Numbered from the stretch's first letter, positions 1 to 14,234 are shown. The stretch: DNA of 64,000 bases from Mustelus asterias (GCF_964213995.1 NW_027590119.1:2232001-2296000); one strand, 5' to 3'. The notes: generated from the letters alone by a model not told the origin. Made by a program: numbers and translations.

Positions 1-1395
1 TCTGAAGCTTTTGTACGCTTTCCTTTTCTTTCTCACTAGGTTCAGCGCAGCTTTCGTGCACCATGGTTCCCGTAACCTACCAACACCTCCCTCTCTCATC
101 GGAACGTTGTCATGCAGAACTCGAGGCAAACATTCCTTGAAAATCTGCCACCTTACTTCAGTGCTTTTCCTCGAGAATGCCTCCTTCCAATTTACACATC
201 TAATCTCCTGCCTGATGGCTTCATATTTCCCCTTACTCCAGATAAACACTTTCCTAGCTTGCCTGATCCTATCTCTTTCCAATGCTTGCGTAAAGGAGAT
301 AGAGTAATGATCACTATCCCCAAGATGCTCTCCCACTGAGAGATCCGACATCTGGTACTGGCTCATTAGCCAGTACCAGGTCGAGTACAGCCTCTCCTCT
401 TGTAGGCTTATCCACATGCTGTGTCAGGCAACCCTCCTGAACACACCTAACAACCCCCTCCCCATCCAAACCCCTTACTCTATGGATATTCCAATCGATG
501 TTTGGGAAATTAAAGTCTCCCATCACGACAACCCTGTTATTCCTACATCTCTCCAGGATCTGTTTCCTATCTGCTCCTCAACATCCCTGTTACTATTGGG
601 CGGCCTGTACAAAACACCCAGCAAAGTTATCGACCCCTTCCCGCTCCGAACTTCCACCCACAGAGACTCCGTAGACAATCCCTCCACGGCTTCCACATTC
701 TCTGCAGCTCTGACACTATTCCTGATCAGCAGTGCCACTCCCCACCCCCCTCTTTTGCCTCCCTGTCTGTCCTTTCTGAAACATCTGAAACCCGGCACCT
801 GAAGTATCCAGTCCTGTCCCTGTCCCCAAGTCTCCGTAATGGCCACCACATCACACTTCCAAGCATCGATCCACACTCTAAGCTCATCCACTTTATTCAC
901 TACACTCCTGGCATTAAAATAGACATATCTCAAACCTTTGGTTTGAGCTCTCCCCTTCCCCATCACCCGTCTATTCTCCCTCTTACACTGTGTACAATCC
1001 TTCTCTATTTGCGAGCTAGCCTCCTCGCTCTCAGTCACCTCATCACGATTCCCTCCCCCCAACCTTTCTAGTTTAAAGCCTCCCCAGTAGCCTTAGCCAA
1101 CCTTCCTGCCAGGATATTTGTCCCCCTGGGATTCAAGTGCCACCCGTCTTTTTTGTACAGGTCACACCTTCCCCTAAAGAGGTCCCAATAATCCAGGAAA
1201 CTGAATCCCTGCCCCCCGCTCCAGTCCCTCAGCCACGCATTCATCCTCCACCTCACTCCATTCCTGCTCTCACTTTCCCGTGGCACAGGCAACAATCCTG
1301 AGATTACTACCTTTGCGTTCCTCCTTCCCAACTGTCTACCTAACTCCCTATATTCTCTTTTCATTACACCTTCCGTCTTCCTACCTATGTCAGCG
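1..1395 (-). mobile_element. CR1-type LINE fragment: ORF1 C-terminus (esterase-like) and ORF2 APE endonuclease, frameshifted
   Basis: ORF 1068-1400 has VVISGLLPVP...DGWHLNPRGT. ORF 523-1062 has YFNARSVVNK, VAITETW, GGGVALLI and GVLYRPPNS. ORF 314-526 has MGDFNFPNIDW...LDLVL. Confidence 0.9.
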
Positions 1396-1610
1396 TGCAT
1401 GTACGTGGTGCATTTGCACTTTCAGAAGACATTTGAGACGGTTCCTCGTAAAATATTAGTAGGTCAAATTAAAGCACGTGGGATAGGGAATAATGTATTG
1501 ACATTTGTGTAGAATTCGTTGACAGACAAGAAACAGAGAATGGAAATACATGGGTCTTTTTCCGAGTGGCAGTCAGCGACTGGTGGGGTACTTCATGATC
1601 CCAACTTATA

Positions 1611-1884
1611 TTATTTATTTATTAGTCACATGTCGGCTTACGGTAACACTGCAATGAAGTTACTGTGAAAAACCTCGAGTCACCACACTCCAGCGCCTGT
1701 TCGGGTACACTGAGGGAAAGTTCAGCATGGCCAATGTCCCTGAGCTGCACGTCCTTCGGATTGTTGGAGGAAACCGGGGCACCCAGAAGAAGTCCATGTA
1801 AGCACGGGGAGAACGTGCAGACTCCGTACAGAAAATGACCCAAGCCGGGAAGCGAACCCGGTCCCCGACCCCGTGCCACCGTGG
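1611..1884 (-). mobile_element. HE1/V-SINE-like tRNA-derived SINE
   Basis: Reverse complement of the ggcacggtggcac...gggttcg...tctccccgtg...gggtgccccggtttcctcc core, with the same 3' tail as other copies. Confidence 0.8.
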
Positions 1885-2396
1885 GATCTGGATAAGGAAA
1901 TCAAATGTAACATGTCCTAAGCGGCTGGCGATATATAACTGTGAGCAATGAGGAGGATGCAGTGACTTGTGAGCTGTGAGGAGGATGCAAGGGTGTTCAA
2001 TGTGATCTGGACAAGTTGTGTGAATGGGTGAACATGTGGCAGATGCAATACAACGTGGCTAAATGTACAGTTATATGCGTGTGCAAAGAACAAAACAATA
2101 TATATTTGGAAGTGTGATGTACAAATGGATCTGGGTATCCTTGTACACCAACCAATGAAATCGGAGAGGTATGTACAGCAAGCAATTTGGAAGGCCTTCG
2201 TTGCAAGAAGATTTGAGTTCGGAATTAGTGAAGTCTTACTGAAGTAATGCCGGGTCTTCAGAAGACCACATCTGGAGTAATGCGTGTAGATTTGATCTCC
2301 CGACCTAAGAAAGGGTCTCTGGCGAGTGCAGCTGATACACGCATTGGTGGGACTGTCCTATAAGGCGAACTTGCATCGACCGGACCTGTATTCACT

Positions 2397-2524
2397 TGAC
2401 TGACGTGATGAACGAGCAGCGCTTGGAAAGCTCGTGATTCCAAATGAACCTGTTGGACTTTAACCTGGCGTTGCGAGACTTCTTACTGTGCACACCCAAG
2501 TGCAACGCGAGCATCTCCACCTCA
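2397..2524 (+). mobile_element. Penelope-like terminal fragment with 10-bp flanking duplication
   Basis: Homologous to 24815-24941. Flanked by tgtattcact at 2387-2396 and 2525-2534. Hammerhead core is degenerate (gtgatga...gaaagct). Confidence 0.7.
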
Positions 2525-2611
2525 TGTATTCACTCGAGTTTAGAAGGATGAGAGGAGATCTGATTGAAATACATAAAATTGTGATTGCAACATTCAAAGC
2601 ATAAAAAATGA

Positions 2612-2897
2612 GGGCGATGCAGTGGCACAGTGGCTGGCATGGCTGCTTTACAATGCCAGGGACCTGGGTTCGATTCCCACCTTGGGTCACTGTCTGTGCA
2701 GAGACTGCACATTATCTGCGTGGGTTTCCTTCGGGTGCTCCGTTTTCCTCCCACAGTCCGAAAGACGTGCTGATTCGGTGCATTGGCCATGCTAAATTTT
2801 CCCTCAGCGTACCTGAACAGGCGCTGGAGTGTGGCCATAGGGCCTTTTCAAAGTAACTTCATTGCAGTGTATGTCTACTTGTGCATTAATAATAAAT
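2612..2897 (+). mobile_element. HE1/V-SINE-like SINE
   Basis: A-box-like gtggcacagtgg, B-box-like gggttcgattcc, central tctgcgtgggtttccttcgggtgctccg, AATAAA-rich tail. Confidence 0.85.
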
Positions 2898-3284
2898 GAA
2901 GTTATGAATAATTAAACGAATTCTAACAGGGCTGGGCAGGCAAGATGAAGGAAGGACGTTTTCGCTGGTTAGGTAGTCTCAAACCAGGGATGCAGTCTCA
3001 AGACATAGGGTAGCCAATTTAGGACAGAAATGGGGAAATATTTATTCACTTCAGAGGCTAGTGAACATATGGAGTCCTGTAGCACTGAAGGCTTTGGATG
3101 TCATGCCACTGAATAGATTCAAGAAATAAATCGATCTGTGATTAGATCTTAATGGTATCAGGGGGTGTGGGCAGAATCCAATAATGTGGCCTTGAGATAG
3201 GAAATAACCCATAATCATGAAGACTGGTGGATCAGGCTCGACTGGCCTCCTCCGGCTCCTAATTTCTATGTACCTAATGTTCAG

Positions 3285-3595
3285 TCAATGTTCTGAGGAC
3301 CTGAGTTCAAATCCCGCCACGGCAGATGGTGGAACTTGAAATCAATTAAAACTATCTGGAATTAAGAATCTATTGATGACTATGAGACCATTGTTGATAG
3401 TTGTAAAAACCCATCTAGTTTACTCATGCCTCTTTAGGGAACGACATCTGCCGTTCTTACCTTGTTTGACCTCCATGTGACTCCAGAGTCACAGCAATGT
3501 GGTTGACTCTCAACTGCCCTCCACGGGCAACTAGAGATGGGCAACAAATGGTGGCCAGCCAGTAATGTGCAAGGCCCACGAATCAATAAAAAAAG
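3285..3595 (+). mobile_element. Second SINE family; further copies at ~16455-16810, ~18350-18680 (-), ~28705-29040 and ~45040-45350 (-)
   Basis: B-box-like gagttcaaatccc, then ggtggaatttgaattcaat...atgtgactccag...gggcaactagagatgggcaac, recurring several times in the window. Confidence 0.7.
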
Positions 3596-5029
3596 CTATG
3601 TTTAGCCTGTCTGTCCTACATGTGACTCCAGTTCCACAGTGATGAAGCTGACCCTTACGTGCCTCTGAAATTGTCAAAACAGCCATTCAGGTGTTTCAAA
3701 GCTGCTGCAGAAAGTCAAACACAAATAAAACCGACCAGAGGGCAATAATTTCAAAACGGTAGTTCGCAACCGCCTTCTCAGGATGGGCAATAAATGCTGG
3801 CTTTGTCAGTGATGCCCATATCCAGAGAATGAATAGAACAGTGCAAACTGCTGCGAATTCCGGAAATCTAAAAGTAAAACAACAAAAAAGGCAGGTCAGC
3901 GGGCATTAGCAGTGGGTGAAACAGATTCTTATTTCAGGCCGATGACAGAACGTAAAATCTCATTGATAAAATTCAATATAACAGGACTGTCCTGCCCAGT
4001 ATCCTGGCCACTCATTCCTCAACTAAAATCACAAAATGACTGTTCGTTTACCACATCTCGCTTTGTGGGAGCTTGCTGTGCACCAAATACTTGCTGTCTG
4101 TCCAATATTACAGCAGTGAATAACTTCAGCAAAATATATCAGTGAGTTTTAAATGGTTTGGGACGACCTAAGGTCAGGTAAAGCGTTATAAAAATGCAAG
4201 GCCTTTCCAAATGTTATTATAAAATGCAAGAATTGATATGTTAAAAGCTCTGCGATTAATGCGATTATCGTCACTCCTCTGCCTGATGTTTTAACATGTC
4301 TAGTTTTAGTAGATTAAATCATCAATGAAATTGACATTCAGTGGAATACCAGCCTTTTCAAACATGTTTTATTTATTCTGACATCAGAACTTTCAGAACA
4401 AATTCTTGATTAGAGGGTATTTTTTTATTTGAATTAAATAGCGTCTGGTCAAATGGGTATTCACGAAGCTTCTATTGATTTTGAACCTGCTGTCAATATA
4501 CTTTAAAGAAACCGCTATTTTGAATTGAAACTAATGAATAAATGACGGTTTATCTGGTTTTGCTGCCATGAACATCTCATTGTAACCAGTGAGGTGTTTA
4601 TGTTAATAAACACAGAAATAGAAATCCCAGGTTAGATTTATTGATTGACAAAAACACAACAAATATTTCCCCATCAACACAGCACAGAAATAGAGACAAA
4701 CATGCAAATCAATCATTGGATTTCAGTCGTGATTGTTTTTGGACATATTTTTTCATCAGTTATATACGCAAAACAAGCTATGATTATCTATGTTCAAAAT
4801 TAATAAAGATTCCCTCTAATCACAAAATATAAGGACACGGCAAATATATTTGCGGCGATTTAATGTGCTTTATCTCTCTTTGTCTTTCTCCTCTCTGATT
4901 CTGTGTCTTGTTTTGTCTCTCCATGATGGGTCATTGTTTTTACTCAACAACTTCAAGTCAAACTCCAGCTAATGTATTCTCTCAGGCCTATTTTCAGGTC
5001 TCTAACTAAATGGATTTAATACAATCTAC

Positions 5030-5305
5030 AGAGGGAGCTTTTCTCCTGACCATTCCCTGTATCTAACCCTTTCTGTCCCAGCGTCCAATTGTTTCAATGG
5101 ACAGTGTAGAGAGGTTTTTACTGTTTCTAAACAGTCTTCATTTGCTGGAAATGCTTGATTGAGATAGTGTGGATGGAGTTTCACTTTTTATCTATCCCGC
5201 GCTACACCTGCTTGGGAGTGTTTAATGTTGCACTGTGGAGGGAGCTTTACATTCGGAGCCTAACCACATGCTACACCTGACCTTGGAATGTTTGATGGGA
5301 CACTA
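5030..5305 (+). repeat. Degenerate ~60-65 bp minisatellite (tgtttgatgggacagtgtagagggagctttactctgtatctaac-type); longer array in copy B at ~21960-22595
   Basis: The motifs gacagtgtagag(a/g)g, tgtatctaac and gagtgttt recur with ~60-65 bp periodicity. Confidence 0.65.
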
Positions 5306-7137
5306 GGCCCTGTCTCTATATTGCACTCATCTGTGACCTGTCTCTGCTGATGTTAAATTAACTAATCCCTGTTTCGGTTTATATTAAAGAAGATTTTGTC
5401 TCTGTTCACATTACACTAGACGTACTTTCTGTTTATAATAAACTAGATGCTGTCTCTGTTAATATTACACGTCACCATGTCTCTGTTCATATTGAGATCG
5501 ACAATGACTCTGCTTTTATTAATGTAGACCTGTCTCTGTACTAAACTGGATGCGGTCTTAGTTCTGCACTTGACCATGTTCATGTTCATGTTGACCATAT
5601 TGGCCCTGGGGTTTTTCACTCTGGGTTTTCGCCTCTCCCTGGAGATCACATGGTCTGGAATGGGGGGGTGGGGGTGAGTTAATAGGTTGTAATGAACAAA
5701 GCATCGTAGCTGTGAGGGACAGCTCGGTGGATAGGATATTGGTATGTAGATAGGCTGGAAAATTGGGCGGGGATCCTGGATTCAGGATTCAATCCTGGAC
5801 CGGGGAGCGGCGCGGGTTGGAGGGCTGAAGGGCCTGTTCCTGTGCTGTATTGTTCTTTGTTCTTTGTTGTTCTTTGTTCATTTTATATTGGGCACGGACT
5901 CAGTTATTACTGTACTGGATAATGCGCAATAATGTGAAAAGTGGCTATGGGAACATGATACTCTGCATCCTCCTATAGGTACAACTCTGACGGATGGAGA
6001 CTAGTCTTGGGAACTGGAAAAGAAGAAGTGATATTTGAAAGCTCATTCTACTGACTGCATTGAAAATCGATATCAAATCCTGCGCAGCATACACTCTCGA
6101 TCCAATACTTTCCGTTTCAATTCAGATTTTTTAGCCCAGCATATTTATGCATTATATTATCTCTCTACCTCACAGAACCGTGGAGTAATGTTAATGGAGC
6201 CATAGTTCAGACAGAGGCATACTATACTGCAGTATCAACAGTGACCTGGTCTCGCGAAATATAGACAGAGTCAGGGTCAAATGTCATATAAACAGGGATT
6301 GGGTCTAGTGCATCATAAACTAAGCTCCGGTCAAGCGGAGTATTAACAGAGACAGGATCTATTTTAATATAAACAGAGGCCTTATGCAGTGAAATAGAAA
6401 TGAGGTCGTGCCGAGTGCTTTGTGGGAAGTTAAAGGCAAAATACTGGCCTTTCCAGAGACACCCACATCCCATGAAAGAAATATTTAAAAAATATGGATG
6501 ACATCAACGAGTACAAGAAAAACTGAGATGGTGTCTAGTGCAATTTAACCGAATGCAGGAACTTGCGCGATATAAACTGAGACACATCGTGTCAATTACT
6601 GATACAGGCCTGAACCGATATTAACTGAGGCAGAGCTTAGCGCATTAGCAGTAATTACTGATACAGATTCTGGACTGACATAAACTGAGACAGAGGCCAG
6701 CGTGTTAATGGTCATTACTGAAGCAGTACCGAGACTGATAAAAACTGAGACAGAATTTACTGTGTTGTTAATGATTAGAGATACGATATTTAGACTGATA
6801 TGAACTCAGAAAAAGGATAGTGCATTGGTAATAATTATTAATATGTGATCTAGACTGGCATACACTGAGATATGGACAATGCAGCAAATTAGAAGGATCA
6901 CATGATGCAATAATAACAGAGGCAGGGCACAGTGTTGAATAAACAAATACATGCACTCGTGTAGCATTAACTAAAACAGTGTCGAGTTTATTAGATCTAA
7001 TGAACCATTAGAGTAATGACAGTGACCGAAACTTGTGTAACGCAAGAAGGATGTTGCTCCAGTATAGGAGTGACAGATACAGGTTCTGATGCAGTCGGAA
7101 TTGAGACACAGTCTCTTCCCAGATTGAAGATTTAAAG

Positions 7138-7418
7138 CTTATTTATTGGTGTCATAAGTAGGCTTACATTCACACTGCAATGAAGTTACTGTGAAGAACC
7201 CCGAGTGGTCACACTCCGGCGCCTGTTTGAGTACACCGAGGGAGAATTTATCATGGCCCAAATGCACCAAACCAGCACCTCCTTCGGACGGTGAGTGGGA
7301 ACCGGAGCACCCGGAGGAAACCCACGCAGACACAAGGATAACGTGCCGACTCCACACAGACAGTCACCCAAGTTGGGAATTGAACCCGGGTCCCTGGCAC
7401 TGTGCCACCGTGCCGCCC
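7138..7418 (-). mobile_element. HE1/V-SINE-like SINE (copy A-specific)
   Basis: Reverse complement of gggcggcacggtggcacag...gggttcaattcc...tctgcgtgggtttcctccgggtgctccgg. Absent at the homologous site in copy B (~24125). Confidence 0.85.
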
Positions 7419-9769
7419 TGATTAACTGAAACATATTTCAACACAGTCATAATTCAGAAACCATCGTTAAAACAGGCCTTGGCTTCACTGATGAACAACT
7501 GATAATGAGCCGAGTAGAGAAACAACAGAGACAGGACATGCTGTAATGTGATTGGGACATGGCCTGTTGCAATACAAACAGACGTGGGGGCCAGTTGAAC
7601 GTAATCAGAGATATGACATGTTCAAAATCATTTCATGAGGTTTTGGTGTCACTGGTAAAGTAGGATTTGTTGCCACTTATAATTTTTCCTTTGAGAATGT
7701 GCTAGTGAGCCCTCTTCTTAAATCATTGCATTCCATATGAGTAAGTACACATACAGTGCTGATAGGAAAGGAGTTGCAAGATTTTCATCCATTGACACTG
7801 AAAAAATAGTGATATAGATCCCAGTCAAGACGGTGTGGAGGTTTTATGGGCATTTGCAGATGATTGTGTTCTCATGCATCTGCTGCCCTTGCCATTTTAG
7901 TGTCAGAGTTAATGTGTTTGGAAGTTGCTACCAAAGGATTATGTTGCTGCTACACAAGTTGTATATGGGTCACACGACTAGAGTTGTACATCTGTGATGC
8001 AGAGAGTGAATGTTTAAAGTGGTTGGTGGGGTGTCCATCCAGCCGCCTGCTTTTTACTGGGTGGTTTCGAGCTTTTTGGGGGTTGGTTCAGGACCATACG
8101 CCAGGCAAGTGGAGAATATTCAATCACAATCCTGACTTTTGCCTTCTCTGATGGATAGGTTTGGCAAATCTGGAGGTGAGTTACTTAGCGCACAATTCCC
8201 AGCATCTGACCTGCTTTTGTAGCAATATTATTTACATGGCAGTCCCAGTTCAATTTTCCATCAATGGCAATTCCCAGAATGATGATAGTGGGGTTTCGGC
8301 TGTAGTCATTCCATTAATGGCAAGCGGAGATGATTGCAATCTCCCTTACCTGAAAGGGTCATTGCCTGTCACTTGGGTGGCGCGAATTTCACATGCCACT
8401 TCACAGCCAAAACCTGAATGTTTTCTAAGTCTTTCTGCTTACGGACACGGATAGCTTCAGTATCTGAGAAGTTGTTAATGTGCTGAACATCGTGCAATCA
8501 TCAGTGAACATCCGACTTCTGATCTTGTATTGAAGCGTGAATATTAGGCCGAGGGCACTATCCTGAGGAGTTCCTTCAGCAAATGCCCTGTGACTGAGAT
8601 GATTGGCTTTCAACAGCCACAACCATCTTACTCTGTGCTCGGTATGACTGAAGCCAGTGGAATGTTTTTTTCCCCGGATGCCCATTGACTGCAGCTTTGC
8701 TCGGGCTTATTGATGCCACAATCGGTCAAGTGCTGCGTTGATGTCGAGGGCCGGCACTCTCACCTCACCTCATTAAAGCAGCTATTTCCACTAGATTTGG
8801 ACTAAGCTTAAGTGATTTCTGGAACTGAGTGCTCCGAGTGGGACCCAAACAGAGCATCATTCAGCAGAATTCTAGTATTTGTAGTTGTAGCAGCATTGCT
8901 ATTATTATATTATTATTAGTTTTTTAGTTGATCCTTCATAGTTCCCATTACGTTGATCGAGTGAGGACGCATTGGGGGATATTTGGTCGGGTTGGGTTTG
9001 TCCTACCTTCTGAAACAGGTCATGTCTGCCAATTCTCACACTGTTGTGTATGTGACCGTGATGTAGCTGTACTTGAAGAGATTGGCTGAGGCTCAGCTAG
9101 CTCCAGAGCACAAATCGTTATTATTATTGCTGAAATATTGTCAGGATCCATAATCTTTACAGTATCCAATGCTTTCAGCACAGGGTTAGGCCACAGATCA
9201 ATCATGATCATATTGCATGGCGGAGCGGGCTCCAGGGGCTGAATGGTCTACTCCTATTCCTATCCTCCATGTTATCATGTTGAATGAGTTGACCTCCTTG
9301 GAGACTGGCATCTGTGATGTTCGGGGCATCAGGGAGAGGCCGAGATGGAACATCTTCTGGCTGAAGATGGCAGCAATTGTTTCAGTCTTGTTTCTTTTAC
9401 CTTTTGCAGAGCTCCCCCATCATTAAAAATGGGGCTTTCGTTTGAGGCTCCTGCTGCAGTTACTTGTTTAAATGTCCATCACCATTCAGGACTGCATGTG
9501 GCAGAACTGCAAAGTTAGGGTCCAGTGTAGTATTTATTGAGGCAGTGCCTTCTTCATGTAATGTAAACCATCAAGGTGCCAATTCCATCTGCTGGCAAAA
9601 TTCTGCAATTACAGTTACTGTAAATATATCGCTGTCAGGTATGATTTATGACAGTAATATACAAATAATTCACATTCATAAATGTAATACCATATCCCCT
9701 TCTGCGGAAACTCCCCAAATTTAAGGTGCAACGAATTATAGATTAGATGTACGTTGCTGAATAATACAG

Positions 9770-10625
9770 GTTAAGTTGTGTCCCGCAGGAGTCTGTCTTG
9801 AGGTCTCAATTATTTACAATATTCATAACGGCTTAGATAATGACACAAAAAGTCAAATAATCCAAATAATAGATCAAGGTAGTTTTTAGAAGGCACAAAG
9901 TAAAATTTAGTGGATGCCCAGCGAGATTTGGGTGTTCAAGTGAATAGCTTCTTAAAATGCCACGAACTGATGCAGAAAATAGTCAAGCAGGTCAACGGAG
10001 TTCTGGCCTTTGTATCTAAAGGACTGGAGTATAGGGATGCAGATGTTATGCTGCAATTATGCAAAATCCTGGTTAGAGCCCACCTGGAGTACTGTGCACA
10101 GGTTTGGGCACCACACCTTTGCAAAGATTTTGGTCCTGGAGGGAGTTGAACGCAGGTTCACAAGAATTAGACCTGGCCTTCAGGGGTTAAGTTGCGAGGA
10201 GAAATTAGACAAATTGGGAATTTTTCTCTCGAATTCAGAAGGTTGAGGGGTGCTCCTACAGAAATCTACAACATTTTTACGGGTAGGATCGGGCGGATCA
10301 ATAATTTTTTCCAACAGTTGCAGACTCTAGAATAAAGGACCATAATTTAAAAAAAAAACAGGGCCAAGCCGTTCAGGAGAGTTGATGGAAAGTATTTCTA
10401 CACACAGAGAGTGGTGGACTTTTGGAACTCTCTTCCGCAAAGGCCAGTGGGTGCTGGTTCAATTGTTAGATTTATGTATGAGATCGATTATTTTATTGAA
10501 CAGGGGTATCAAGGGATATGGGCCAAGGGCAGGTACATAGGGTTTGGCCACAGATCAGCGATGATCTTATGAATGGGGGGGGGGGGGCGAGTTCGAGAAG
10601 CTGAATGGCCTGCGTCTGCTTTTTT
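9770..10625 (+). mobile_element. CR1 LINE 3' fragment
   Basis: ORF 9910-10149 has QRDLGVQV...LVRAHLEYCAQVWAP, followed by LEGVERRFTR. Confidence 0.85.
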
Positions 10626-11116
10626 TATTCATGCTTGGGACATGGGCTTCGCTGGCTGGTCAACATTTATTCCCCATACCTAGTTGCCCTTGAGAAGGTT
10701 ATGGTGAGTTGCCTTCTTGAATCGCTGCAGCACATGTTCTGTGGGCAGACCCACAATGCCGTTAGGGAGGAAATTTAAGGATTTTGACTCAGCGATTGTG
10801 AAGGAACGGCGACATATTTCCAAGTCAGGATGGTGAGTGACTTGGAGGGGAAATTCTGCTCCTCTGTTCCTATGATGCCAGGTCAGCATCAGAGCATAAT
10901 TCCTCAATCCATGGTAATGTATATTTGTTCATTTTGGTTAGAAGGAGGAATGCTGACCAGAGCGCTGTTGGAGACAATGGGGCCTTTAATGTTCAGCTCA
11001 GCAAACATGGTGCTGGGGAAAATGTAATTGTTCTTCATTCCATCTGAAAGATAGCTGGGGTAATTGTCTCTTAAGCCCCCCAGGAAGCAAAGATGGAGTC
11101 TTAAGTTGAAGGAAAA

Positions 11117-11153
<37 letters not shown>

Positions 11154-13007
11154 GTGTGCGTTTTCTGAAAAACGTCATATTGTTTACAAATCAATTTCAC
11201 AATGATAACCGGCGTCCTTCCATTTAAAATAAAAAAATAGACGCAGAGTAAACACATCAATTTCAGAATGGTTTCTTTTCCAAATGTCACCTTTGTTGAT
11301 GACTGAGAAGGACAATTTTTGAGAGGTTGGCTCTGTTACAAATGCTGCCCATGAAGCTACCAATTGTGGTTTTATGTTGTCGTTTTCTGTGTCATGAATG
11401 AGACCGAGGAGTTTTGATGGAGTGCGACTTTTTCCCAAGTATGGTAGTCCCTGCTCTGCTACCGGTGTTGAATGTCTTGATGAGATTGACGAAGGTAAAG
11501 ATAAGTACATAGGGCATATAAAGCAGATATTTTCCAGAGGCAATCTTCCATTAAAAACACAACATTGTGCTTCAGGATAATCCGGATCTTCAAACAGATG
11601 AATGTTTTCAGATGTGTCACTGGCAATTATGTATATTTATCTGTAGTTGTTGCAGTGTCCTCCGGCGGCTTTTTTTCCCGGTAGTGTTGTGCTTTTGAAT
11701 CATGCATCTCCTGTGGAGCGCATCCTATCTTCCATTAAGAAAGAGAAGATCATAAATGTTCACAAAATTGGTATTTATTTTCACCAATTGCCATCCATTC
11801 ACAAAGTTGCATAATTTTGTTCACCAGTTATCAACCATTCATAGACATTAATATATTTACGTCTTAATTTAAGTGATGTGATCGTTGCTGGCTAGGTCAA
11901 CATTTGTTGCCTATCCCTAATTGCCCTCAGTAAGCTGGTGGCGAGCTACCTTCGTGAATTGCTGCGAAGCCTGTGGTGTATGTACTCACACAGTGCAGTT
12001 ACAGAGGGTATTCCAGGATTTCAATCGAGCGACAGTGAAGGAAGGGCGATATTTTTCCAAGTCAGTTATATGACTGACTTGGAGTGGAATTTACAGGTGA
12101 TATTCCCAGGTAACTCTTACCCCTGTTCTTCCAAATGGTAACAGTCCTGTGGTTGGAAGGTGTTGCCTAATGAGTCTTGGTGAGTTCCTGAAGTGAAACT
12201 TGTAGATGGTGTATAATGCTGCTGTTGTTTGTCGGTGATGGAGGGAGTGAGCATTTGCAAATGCTATGCCAGTCAAGCCGCCTGCTTTGTCCTGAATGCT
12301 ATAAAGCTTCTTGAATGTTGTTTGAGCTGCACTCATTCAAGCAAGTGGAGAGAACTCAATTACTCCCGAGTTGTTGTTTGTAGGTGGTGGACAGGTTTGG
12401 GGAGTCAGGAGGTTAGTTAGTCACAGCAAGCTGACCTGATATTCCAGCCGGAGCATTTATATATCTAGTTAATTCAGCGATTAGCCAATGGTAACCCCGA
12501 CGATGTTCATAGTGGGTGATTCAGTATCGTAATATCATTGAATAACAAGGAGCAATGGGTAGATTCTCTCTTTTTGGAGATGGTCATTGCCTGGCGCTAA
12601 TATTACTGATAATCTGCAAATCACAAAAACAAATAAATATTTCACAAATTATTTTCAGCATTTTATTGGTACAAATATAGTTGCAGTTTATTTATTGTAG
12701 TTTATTGAGATTCAAATTTATTGAGGTCACTTTGGCCTTTCTGTCACCAAAGAATCAAATCTGTCCCAGAATTCAGCGGGAAGTCGAATCAAATCAGACC
12801 GAGGATAATGAGCAGCGACCCAGCAGCCTCTGCGCTTTATTGACACGTAATCACCTCATCATCACACACAAACCCCTGATATATAACTGGAGTGTGTAAC
12901 CATTTTTAAAGTGACTGTAGAACTGAAAGTACCTGTATCTAATGTCACATATAATTTATAATATCTAATATGACGTTATAGAATCTTAAGATCCAGATTA
13001 ATTATTC

Positions 13008-13332
13008 ATAGAACAAAGAATCTACAGTGCAGAATGAGACCACTGGGCCCATCGAGTCTGGAGCGACCTCAATCCTACCCAGGCCCTATTCCCGTGACCC
13101 CTCATATTAACCCCATTAATACCCCTGACACAAGGGTTAATTCAGCATGGCCAATCAACCTGAACTGCATATGTTCCGACTGCAGGAGGATACTAGAATA
13201 CCCGGAGGAAAGCCACACAGACAAGGAGAGAAACTGCAAAGTCCACAAAGACAGTGACCTGAGGACGGAATTGAACCCGGGTCCCTGGCGTTGTGAGGCA
13301 GCAGGGCTAACCAATATGACACCGTGTCGCCC
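13008..13332 (-). mobile_element. HE1/V-SINE-like SINE with CR1-type tail
   Basis: Reverse complement of the SINE head (ccctggcgttgtgaggcagcag...accgtgtcgccc) plus the ctacagtgcaga tail. Confidence 0.8.
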
Positions 13333-13554
13333 TTGCACACTTACACAGTACTGGAAAGTCATTTACCACTTGGATCTGTCCAGTGAGTTTCACAACATTT
13401 CAATTGCCTCATTAATTTTTTAGCCTGTTACCTTCACTAATTTAGGTGATGATATGTTGAGTGATTTGTTGCACTAGAAAGGGCCATATGTTCCAAATAT
13501 TACAATCCTCCCCCTCAACCTAATCCCTCTTTCCATCTTGGATTTGAAGATTTT

Positions 13555-14125
13555 GAAGACATCGGTGAGGCTACACTTGGAATGCTGTGTACAGTTCTGG
13601 TCACCCTATTATAGAACGGATATTATTAAACTGGAAAGAATGCAGAAAGGTTTTACTAGAATGCTACGAGGCCTTGATGGTTTGAGTTGTAGGGAGAGGC
13701 TGGATAGACTGGGACTTTTTCTCCGGAGCGTAGGAGGATTGGGGGGATCTTATAGATGTCTATAAAATAATGAGGCGCATAGATCAGCTCGATAGTCAAT
13801 ATATTTTCCCAATTGTAGAGGAGTCTAAAACGAGAGGGCATAGGTTGATGATGAGAGTGGAGAGATACAAAATGGTTCAGAGGGGATATTGTTTCACACA
13901 GAGTGTGGCAAGTGTCTGGAACAGGCTGCAAGAGGTAGTGGTAGAGGCGGGTACAATTTTGTCTTTTAAAAAGGGTTTAGACAGTTACATGGGTAAGATG
14001 GGTACAGAGGGTTATGGGCCAAATGCGGGAAATTGGGACAAGCTTAGTGGCTAATAAAAAGGGCGGTATGGACAAGTTGGGCCGAAATGCTTGTGTCCAT
14101 GCTCTCAACCTCTATGACTATGACT
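13555..14125 (+). mobile_element. CR1 LINE 3' end
   Basis: ORFs with LHLECCVQFWSPYYR...LERMQKGFTRML and ESKTRGHRL; ctctatgactatgact tail. Confidence 0.9.
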
Positions 14126-14234
14126 CGAGTCACCGTCAGCAGATGGAAAAAAATCAGACTGCTCTTAGTTCATTTGTTCCCGATATCTCGGGGATTGAAT
14201 TCACCGAGAAAATCTGGAAGGACTAAAAGTTGCA

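Larger units (their letters stand above)
1410..3275 (+). mobile_element. Decayed CR1 RT/3' end interrupted by two SINEs and a Penelope-like fragment
   Basis: Degenerate matches to the CR1 RT DNA at 15060-16230 (e.g. actttcagaagacatttga, agaccacatctggagta, gatgagaggagatctgattgaaatacata), ending in a ctcctaatttctatg tail. Confidence 0.7.

Noticed and set aside
2612-2690. tRNA genes at A-box/B-box-like sequences
   Set aside because: They are heads of tRNA-derived SINEs that continue into the SINE core and tail in multiple copies.
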